Below are positions 50,731-57,617 of a stretch of 64,000 nt of DNA, piece by piece. The stretch comes from a virus: positions 1-64,000 of IMG/VR virus record IMGVR_UViG_3300003323_000540. One strand, given 5' to 3'. A program made the position numbers and the translations under genes. Below the pieces are notes generated by a model, which had not been told where the DNA came from, made no database searches, and worked only from the letters and a program-made list of their open reading frames with translations. Every line of letters starts with the position of its first letter. Position 1 is the first letter of the stretch.

Positions 50731-52037
50731 ACAACGGCTGTTTGCTCTTCCTCAATAGAAACAATGCCTGCATCCAAATCCTTGGTTTCGCGCTCCAAGA
50801 AGCGGCGGCTTTTTAATTTATAAGTTGAATATGTTTGTAGGCCATCAATTCTAACGCAAATACCTTCTGCTGGAATTCCATTTCCGCAATACTCGCAATC
50901 CTTCTCTAAATAAATATCTTGTAAATTTTTGAGTAATTGTTCTTGGAAAATATTTTCCTCTGACGTATGAGCTAATTCAATTGCCTTTCCGTAAAATAAT
51001 TCCTTTACATACTCCAATGAGTACTTATTGCAATATTCTTTGATCTGATTCCAATTGTATTCAATTACAGACCCATCTGGCTTTGTATAAGTAATGCGAT
51101 AAATTAAAGTCTTATGTGAAAGCTCTTCACATCCATACGCATATCCCTTTTGAATCTCTTTTCCTGATTTCAAATATCCAACAATCTCTCCATATAAAGT
51201 GACTCCTTGTTCAATTTTATCCTTCAATTCTTCATTGGCCGTTGCCCAAATATCTTCATTGTAATATCCAAGAGTTACGCTTTCATTAATGTATTGATTC
51301 TTTATTACCGAACGAGAAGAATAAAGATTGTCATATACTTTGTCAACTACTTTAACTCCAAAAAATTTGGCAACCTTTTCTTTCAGATTAAGTTTCTTCT
51401 TAATTAGGACGTTGGCAAACACTGCCGATGTTCCATGCCATTTGTCTGTAATAACAATTAAATCATTTGGCTTAAAGTGATGAACATTTTTTGCAAAATG
51501 AGATGTATCGTTATGGAATCTAAATTGATTTGGAATCAACTTATCGAATGCTTTTAATTTCTTATTATGCCTTGATTCTTTCGAATCTCCATTTCCTTGC
51601 AGACGAACGATTTTATACTTTTTGCAAATATTGATTCCATCAATATCAGTAAATTCTTCTCCAGCGCTTGAGAATGATACAGAGACCACATTATCCAATG
51701 AACTTACTGGAATAACAAATCCAGTGCTAATAATTCCCTTAAATTTGATAGACTTTACGCGCCCCGTATCTTCAAAGAAACCTTTTTTAGTTTTGTCTTT
51801 ATTATAATCAGAATGTCGGTATAAATTATTTTCATAAAGAAATAGCGGTGAAATAGAACATTCTGCTGGAAAGAAGAGATACAATTCTTCCTCTGGAGAA
51901 TCTTTGCCTATAAGGCAATCATTCCCAAATACTGTTACGCGAACGAGATTATCCAATCCCTCAACTTTTTGTTTTGTTGGCAGCTTAATTACCTGACATG
52001 CATAATTAACTGAATCTTCTCTAATAGTCATTTTCAT
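50727..52037 (-). CDS. ATP-dependent RNA ligase (Rnl2-like nucleotidyltransferase core with about 190-aa N-terminal domain)
   Basis: Motif I is TDKWHGTS (KxHG as in T4 Rnl2), III is LYGEIVGY, IV is AEGICVRIDG and V is YKLKSRRF, all in canonical order. Confidence 0.7.
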   Translation of the reverse strand: MKMTIREDSVNYACQVIKLPTKQKVEGLDNLVRVTVFGNDCLIGKDSPEEELYLFFPAECSISPLFLYENNLYRHSDYNKDKTKKGFFEDTGRVKSIKFKGIISTGFVIPVSSLDNVVSVSFSSAGEEFTDIDGINICKKYKIVRLQGNGDSKESRHNKKLKAFDKLIPNQFRFHNDTSHFAKNVHHFKPNDLIVITDKWHGTSAVFANVLIKKKLNLKEKVAKFFGVKVVDKVYDNLYSSRSVIKNQYINESVTLGYYNEDIWATANEELKDKIEQGVTLYGEIVGYLKSGKEIQKGYAYGCEELSHKTLIYRITYTKPDGSVIEYNWNQIKEYCNKYSLEYVKELFYGKAIELAHTSEENIFQEQLLKNLQDIYLEKDCEYCGNGIPAEGICVRIDGLQTYSTYKLKSRRFLERETKDLDAGIVSIEEEQTAVV

Positions 52038-52051
52038 AGTTTTTCGATTTT

Positions 52052-52321
52052 TTATATTCCTAAATTCATTCCATTTTTATTTACTTCTACCCAGCATTTG
52101 AAAAATAAGAATTCAAATCCGAGCATATAAGAACCAACTAAATTATCTTTCCATTTACTTGGATTCTTAAAATCATTAGTTCCAACTATCTTAATTTTTC
52201 TAAACCATAAAGATATCTCCCATCTATGCCATTCATGCCTATATAGAGTATCGCCGGTCTCAAATCTATGTCTTAAGCCACAAGTTATTCTTATATTCTT
52301 TATTTTAAAAACCTTGATCAT
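52052..52321 (-). CDS. hypothetical protein
   Basis: Minus-strand ORF, W/K/F-rich. 4-nt overlap with the helicase gene. Confidence 0.45.
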   Translation of the reverse strand: MIKVFKIKNIRITCGLRHRFETGDTLYRHEWHRWEISLWFRKIKIVGTNDFKNPSKWKDNLVGSYMLGFEFLFFKCWVEVNKNGMNLGI

Positions 52322-53697
52322 GATTTTATTGCATTTCGTATTACCCTTTTATTCTCATCATCCCAAAATCTTCGTTTGGTTTCTGCCAGATCTATAAATC
52401 TACCTAATTCTCGTTTTTGAACTATTGAATATGTTGATTCATAACTCTTTATGGCATAATGTCTCAACTTCTCCTCGTGTATGCGCATTATATCATTATC
52501 ATTCTCATCGTCTGTTTGATTCAGAGTAAAACAATATGCGAATGGATCAATAGTTGCCTTTAAATTCGATATATTATTTCGCGTTATTACAAAATTTGGA
52601 TTATTCCAAAATTCCTTGCTTACATCGCTAGCTTGCGTTACGGCTGCTACAGCTACATCAAATTCAGTGGCTATATTTATGATCTTTTCAGAATTAGCCT
52701 TTTTCATTGCTGACGTACCTTCTTGATTTGTACCGTATTTTTTACCATCTCCAGGGGTAAACGATTCCAGCAAGTCAAATAGCACCAATCCTATGTCATG
52801 TTCTTTTAACAAATCTATTAAAACATTTCTACAGTCCAATAAAGAAGCGCTATGAAATTGTTTAAATACATGAACAAATATTTCACCACATTGGGATAAA
52901 TAAGCCTCATGCGCTTTTTTAATTTTTTTTAGATCGGCATTGTCAAAATTCCCCTCCCTAATATTATACATGTCCACTCCACTCCACCAAGAATCATATC
53001 CATCTTCAACTTCCTTTTGCGTAGAATCTCCTGCTGCTAAATGTAAAACGTTTATGCCCCTAAAAGATGCAGATGCACCAAGCGATCTAAGGCATGTTGT
53101 CTTTCCAACCCCACTACGCGCTATTGCCAGTAGTCCAGTTCCTCTATCTACTCCGCCTCTGGTGTGATAATCAAAAGCAGGTATTCCAGTTGGAACCTTT
53201 CTTAGGTTATAATCTCTTTCAGCTCTTTCTTTTTGTCTCTTGTCGAAATCACCATAGATTCGAGAATACATTTTTCGCTTTAAGGAAAAATTATGCAACT
53301 CCTCATAATCGGCATAAGCTTCTTTATAAGCTGCATCAATATCTCCTTTCTGGAAGGTTTCAGCCGCCTTTTTATGAGCATGGATAAATTTTGCCCTTCT
53401 TATATAATCTTCAAATGAAGAGATAATGTCATCTTTTTTATCATGAACATTTGCATCCCTTATTTTGCCAATTAGCTCTAATGTTTCTTTCTGCGTTACA
53501 TTTTGACTAACCAAACCCAATGTAGGGCTTTTATTCGTGGCTGCATTATAATCAAATAGGTATTTAAATATATGCTTATACGGTTCGCCTTTAATATATG
53601 AGTAACTTAAATGAGGTCTTACGACACTTAATATTTCTGGAGATATAATGCAAGCCTTTGCTAAATCTATTAAAAAATCGTCTTTTAAATGATTCAT
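52318..53697 (-). CDS. DnaB-like replicative helicase
   Basis: GLLAIARSGVGKTTCL (Walker A) and GLVLFDLLESF (Walker B) sit in a RecA-like C-terminal domain. The helical N-terminal domain is about 170 aa. Confidence 0.75.
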   Translation of the reverse strand: MNHLKDDFLIDLAKACIISPEILSVVRPHLSYSYIKGEPYKHIFKYLFDYNAATNKSPTLGLVSQNVTQKETLELIGKIRDANVHDKKDDIISSFEDYIRRAKFIHAHKKAAETFQKGDIDAAYKEAYADYEELHNFSLKRKMYSRIYGDFDKRQKERAERDYNLRKVPTGIPAFDYHTRGGVDRGTGLLAIARSGVGKTTCLRSLGASASFRGINVLHLAAGDSTQKEVEDGYDSWWSGVDMYNIREGNFDNADLKKIKKAHEAYLSQCGEIFVHVFKQFHSASLLDCRNVLIDLLKEHDIGLVLFDLLESFTPGDGKKYGTNQEGTSAMKKANSEKIINIATEFDVAVAAVTQASDVSKEFWNNPNFVITRNNISNLKATIDPFAYCFTLNQTDDENDNDIMRIHEEKLRHYAIKSYESTYSIVQKRELGRFIDLAETKRRFWDDENKRVIRNAIKS

Positions 53698-54509
53698 GAT
53701 GCATTATCTGGTATAAGATTTTTGTTTTCATATTTTTCCTTAAGCTTTAAATACAAATCATATTTTCTATCTAAATACAAATCACAATTTTCATAAAGTA
53801 TTGAAATACATTTAAAAGCAGATACTCCGGAATAATTAATTTGATAAATATTTTTTAACTTAATGATATTTGGCTTGTCCTTACTTCTTAATTTTATTCT
53901 ACAATAATTAAAAAAATATTCTCTTATAAATAAAATAGTATTATATGTTCCAAGAATATTTATAGTATCTATTGAAGTGCGCGTGATACAACCATCGCCA
54001 TCAAAATAGCCTCTAATGAAATCAAGTAAAAATATTTCTGGAATTTTATTAGAAATATGGCAGGTCAGTGATTTTTTATTTTTAATATCAAAATTATTCA
54101 ACAAATCATTTACTAATTGAGATGAAGATATGCTAATACTAAAATAATTTTCTTTTTCTATAATTTTACCATCAAATTGAAGAGAGGATTTAAATTTTTC
54201 AAGATGGTGATAATCTTCTTTTTGTAATTTAATTTCAACCGTAAATCTTTTATTTGTTCTTATATATCCGTCTGCCAATAAAAATCCAGCCCAATAACAA
54301 TTTTCTTTTGAAAATATAGAAAAGAAAAAATGACTAACTTTAGTCAAAGGAGTTCTTTTTCTTAATGTAATATTTTCTTTCATTAAAATCCTCTGAATAA
54401 TTGTGCGATGCAAATTATATTTTGCAGACAGTTCCTTATTGCTTAAAAAATTAAATATATAATCATTTATAACTTCATTTTTCATTCTTTCTCCTAAATC
54501 ATCCTTCAT
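53694..54509 (-). CDS. double-motif LAGLIDADG homing endonuclease with N-terminal HTH
   Basis: WAGFLLADGYI and IRGYFDGDGCI are two LAGLIDADG motifs about 95 aa apart. N-terminal HTH is SNKELSAKYNLHRTIIQRIL. Confidence 0.75.
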   Translation of the reverse strand: MKDDLGERMKNEVINDYIFNFLSNKELSAKYNLHRTIIQRILMKENITLRKRTPLTKVSHFFFSIFSKENCYWAGFLLADGYIRTNKRFTVEIKLQKEDYHHLEKFKSSLQFDGKIIEKENYFSISISSSQLVNDLLNNFDIKNKKSLTCHISNKIPEIFLLDFIRGYFDGDGCITRTSIDTINILGTYNTILFIREYFFNYCRIKLRSKDKPNIIKLKNIYQINYSGVSAFKCISILYENCDLYLDRKYDLYLKLKEKYENKNLIPDNAS

Positions 54510-55080
54510 AGCCGCGTTTTTTATACGTTTTTGGAAATTTCTTTTGCAGTAATGTTTTGCATTCTTTTTTCATTTCACAACTAATACAATTTACCGATCT
54601 GTGATTGTAAAGAGTTGTATTGATAAGGCAATTAAATAATCTTGCCTCTCCATAAAATCTTAATTTCTCATTTTCCTCCGCTGGATCTAATTTGTTATTA
54701 ATTAATTCCTCTTCATGAAGTTCGCTTTTAAGATCATCAATTATTATGTCATATTCTCTTAAAAAATTATCTACATAATAATCACCATCGGTATTTCTGT
54801 TTACAAAATTATTAAACATTTTTTTACCAATTATCCAATTGAGCGATATTTTTCTTTGGGTTATCTGCGATACTCTTTGTGCAAAACACCATGAAAAATA
54901 TTGAATAAAAAATGATGATCCCAATCCTTCCGTTCCAGGGTAATAAACAGAAAGGAGTTTCAAAAAGTTATCAATTAATTTCCCTTGATTATTTACAGAC
55001 TCATCTAGCTTGAATGTCGTTTTGTAAATGCGATTGTAGAAATAATCAAAGATATGCGCAATCATTTTCCTTTGTGTCAT
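54499..55080 (-). CDS. hypothetical protein
   Basis: Minus-strand ORF with C-terminal CISCEMKKEC. No family recognised. Confidence 0.5.
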   Translation of the reverse strand: MTQRKMIAHIFDYFYNRIYKTTFKLDESVNNQGKLIDNFLKLLSVYYPGTEGLGSSFFIQYFSWCFAQRVSQITQRKISLNWIIGKKMFNNFVNRNTDGDYYVDNFLREYDIIIDDLKSELHEEELINNKLDPAEENEKLRFYGEARLFNCLINTTLYNHRSVNCISCEMKKECKTLLQKKFPKTYKKRGYEG

Positions 55081-55289
55081 CGCCGACAGTCATTCCATTT
55101 TAAAGAATACTTTCCCTTACTATATTTCCTTATCTCATCGCTTATACAGATATTATTTAAGCTATTGAGATAGCTGATTATAGTATGTGGAGATGTAGAT
55201 AGCTCCAGTACTTCTTTGATGGTCTTTCCATAATATTTACCGCTTTTCTTTTTTGCTGGATAAATATCATCCTCGTATAAAATCTTCAT
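55077..55289 (-). CDS. hypothetical protein
   Basis: Minus-strand ORF with 4-nt overlaps on both sides. Confidence 0.5.
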   Translation of the reverse strand: MKILYEDDIYPAKKKSGKYYGKTIKEVLELSTSPHTIISYLNSLNNICISDEIRKYSKGKYSLKWNDCRR

Positions 55290-55741
55290 TTTGTATTAGT
55301 TTTTAAATAATTAATTGCATTTTCAAGAATTTTAATATTGTCTTTAGAATGCCCCAAAATCGTATTACAATTTATGCATAATAACCCACGAATCTTTTTG
55401 CTAATATGACAATGATCTGTATGAAAAAATCCTTTATCATCGCTATAAGTGTCGCATATAGCGCATTTATTATTCTGCTTTGCAAGAATTACATGCCAAT
55501 CATCCTTGCTTATTCCGTAAGTTCTTTTAACATAATAAAAGCGAACAGTCTCTTTATTATTTTGCGCCCACTCTCTACTTTTTTGCCTATGTCTGTCTTT
55601 TGTTTTTAAATAGTTTTCATGACTTCTAAGATTATGGCATTTTTTACATTCCGATCTAATACCATCCTTAGCTAGAGTTTGTTTGCCAAATTCAGAAATA
55701 GTTTTTTCTACCTTGCACTTCGTGCATACTTTTTTATCCAT
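55286..55741 (-). CDS. recombination endonuclease VII (T4 gp49-like)
   Basis: CTKCKVEK...CKKCHN is an N-terminal zinc motif. QNNKCAICD...FHTDHCHISKKIRGLLCINCNTILGH is the Endo VII core. Confidence 0.8.
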   Translation of the reverse strand: MDKKVCTKCKVEKTISEFGKQTLAKDGIRSECKKCHNLRSHENYLKTKDRHRQKSREWAQNNKETVRFYYVKRTYGISKDDWHVILAKQNNKCAICDTYSDDKGFFHTDHCHISKKIRGLLCINCNTILGHSKDNIKILENAINYLKTNTK

Positions 55742-55813
55742 GAATATAAAAATACTTATTTTTTATATCATGATTTGAAAGTAGATTTTTTGTATGGAAA
55801 AAACACGTCTTCT

Positions 55814-55966
55814 TCAATTAAGAATACCAACGTCTTTTTTTATGAAGTAATTTTTTGCCAAGAGGCAAGGTCTGTAATAGTTGTATTTTGAAAAACTTAG
55901 GTGCGAACTGACATTAGAATTCGAATTCCAATTATCATAGTTGTCATTGAACTGAAAGCCTGACTC
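55814..55966 (-). pseudogene. decayed C-terminal remnant of the 24655/56000 paralogue family
   Basis: Has no start codon and a TGA immediately upstream. It translates to ESGFQFNDNYDNWNSNSNVSSHLSF..., aligning with RSGFRFDDAYDHWASGSNVGSRLCF of 56000..56449. The DNA identity block is gtgcgaactgacattagaattcgaattcca versus ggcgcgaaccgacattagaacccgaagccca. Confidence 0.6.
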
Positions 55967-55999
55967 TTTTTTTAATCAGTCCGAACTATTACACAACCT

Positions 56000-56449
56000 T
56001 TAAAAGGTAAAATAATCTTTGTAAGTGCTCTCGAATGTTTTTCCTGCGTACTCCGCTAATTCTCTAGTTTTAAAACAGAGGCGCGAACCGACATTAGAAC
56101 CCGAAGCCCAATGATCATACGCGTCATCGAACCGAAAGCCCGACCGCATATCGAAGTATGGATAGTATTTGTACTCATTTGAGTTATCCCAATTAGGTCT
56201 CCATCCTTCATTGAGCGACTTTGCAATCATCTTTAAAAGCAGGTGCGCTCTTTCATCTTTTTCAAGATTACTATAAGATTGATTGAAATGTTCAAGCGAA
56301 TCCCATCCATTGTCCATCACAACATCGGAGATTGTTTTGATTCTTTCAGTTACTTTTTTTGGAACTGGCTTTAAAGTAACTTTTCCCGACTTAATGTCAA
56401 AGCCGTTAATTTCGTAGCCATCTGGAATTTCAATTTGAAGTGTTTTCAT
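56000..56449 (-). CDS. hypothetical protein, paralogue B of the in-window family
   Basis: Full-length alignment with 24655..25119, detailed under that feature. Confidence 0.6.
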   Translation of the reverse strand: MKTLQIEIPDGYEINGFDIKSGKVTLKPVPKKVTERIKTISDVVMDNGWDSLEHFNQSYSNLEKDERAHLLLKMIAKSLNEGWRPNWDNSNEYKYYPYFDMRSGFRFDDAYDHWASGSNVGSRLCFKTRELAEYAGKTFESTYKDYFTF

Positions 56450-56501
56450 GGTTTTTTGCGTTTTTAGTTTAACAATGAAACAAAGAAAACAAATGATTTT
56501 C

Positions 56502-57065
56502 TTAATTCCAAGAAATTTTAAGATTTATTTTTTCTTCTTGTGGTAATTCCAATGTTCCAGCAGCTATTTGTTTTAAAGTATCTGTGGAAAACGGAGTTTG
56601 TTTTGGAATTATTCTTTGAATTACAATGCCCAAATACATATGACTATCAATATTTGGCAATGATAAAGGACTTCCTATAGTTGCGGAAACAAGCGTAGAA
56701 TTATATGGAATCGCATATGGAGAAGAAAGTAACTCTAATTGTATCTCCCCACAATCATTAACAGTAGGAACAAGATATCCTATTTTATATTCAGCAATAT
56801 CTTCACTTCCTTCCTGTGAACTTGATGCATCATCAGACTCTATCCAAGCTTGCAAACCTGTATAAGTAGCTCCTGTTTCATTATAAAGAGCCAATATTCT
56901 GCATTCTGATTTCGCACTTTGAATGGAATTCAATGATAATTCTCCAAACAAATTGTTTAAAAAGTCATTAGGAGGTATGGAATTTGATATAAAGTTACCT
57001 AGCGAAAGGTAAGAAACTGGCTGACTTTGTCCCGGTTTTGAACTATTTGTATAGAATAATTGCAT
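56502..57065 (-). CDS. hypothetical protein
   Basis: First minus-strand ORF after the divergent promoter gap. S/N/L-rich N-terminus (YLSLGNFISNSIPPNDFLNNLFGE). Confidence 0.55.
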   Translation of the reverse strand: MQLFYTNSSKPGQSQPVSYLSLGNFISNSIPPNDFLNNLFGELSLNSIQSAKSECRILALYNETGATYTGLQAWIESDDASSSQEGSEDIAEYKIGYLVPTVNDCGEIQLELLSSPYAIPYNSTLVSATIGSPLSLPNIDSHMYLGIVIQRIIPKQTPFSTDTLKQIAAGTLELPQEEKINLKISWN

Positions 57066-57083
57066 TTATTTTTTTAAATAATA

Positions 57084-57114
57084 TTTGTAAATAATACAAA
57101 TTTAAGTACTTTTG
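57084..57114 (+). promoter_or_regulatory. Bacteroidota-type sigma-A promoter for the metzincin-like lipoprotein gene
   Basis: TTTG (57084-57087), N19, TACTTTTG (57107-57114) equals the TTTG / TAnnTTTG consensus. 32 nt upstream of the ATG at 57147. Confidence 0.5.
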
Positions 57115-57125
57115 ATATATACAAA
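57097..57125 (-). promoter_or_regulatory. divergent Bacteroidota-type promoter for 56502..57065
   Basis: On the minus strand: TTTG (57125-57122), N17, TAAATTTG (57104-57097), 31 nt upstream of the ATG at 57065. Physically interleaved with the plus-strand promoter. Confidence 0.4.
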
Positions 57126-57146
57126 GATACTAAAACACAAACGACT

Positions 57147-57617
57147 ATGAAAACGCTTATTTTAATTACTGTTGCAGTTTCTTTAATGACATCTTGTACT
57201 AAAGAAAAACAAACTACGCATTACATAGAACCTAGTCTTAGATGCTTTTACGACTCCTTCATAAAGGAAGCTAATGCTAGAAATGTAAAGTTCGCCAGAG
57301 ATGCAAGTGAATTAGGTATGTATTCATTTAAGCTTAAAGGCTGGAATGAAGGAATTACTTACTACGATGACAATCAAATCTTTATCTCCAAAGTACTTGT
57401 AGATTCTAATCTTGGGCACTCCTACAATGATCATGTAGACTCCTTAGAAGTCCAATACGTTGTCTGGCATGAACTAGGACATTACCTTTTAGGTAGAGGT
57501 CACGTTGGCGACAGTGTAGTAAGCATTATGACTCCAGAATCTTCTTATAAACTTAAGTATATGCATAAAGCAAATATCCGCAATACAATGAATAATGAAC
57601 TGTTTACAGATCATTAA
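57147..57617 (+). CDS. lipoprotein zinc metalloprotease, metzincin-like
   Basis: The only convincing plus-strand gene. Signal plus lipobox is MKTLILITVAVSLMTSC. WHELGHYLLGRGH is HExxH with a downstream G..H one residue further out than classic metzincins. A Met (SIMTP) follows 10 residues later. Confidence 0.65.
   Translation: MKTLILITVAVSLMTSCTKEKQTTHYIEPSLRCFYDSFIKEANARNVKFARDASELGMYSFKLKGWNEGITYYDDNQIFISKVLVDSNLGHSYNDHVDSLEVQYVVWHELGHYLLGRGHVGDSVVSIMTPESSYKLKYMHKANIRNTMNNELFTDH

Noticed and set aside
41311-53697. Introns or inteins in dnaE, the DnaB-like helicase or thyX, prompted by the neighbouring homing endonucleases
   Set aside because: The host ORFs are continuous and of normal or near-normal length, with motifs in canonical order. 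The endonuclease ORFs lie outside them, so they are free-standing.
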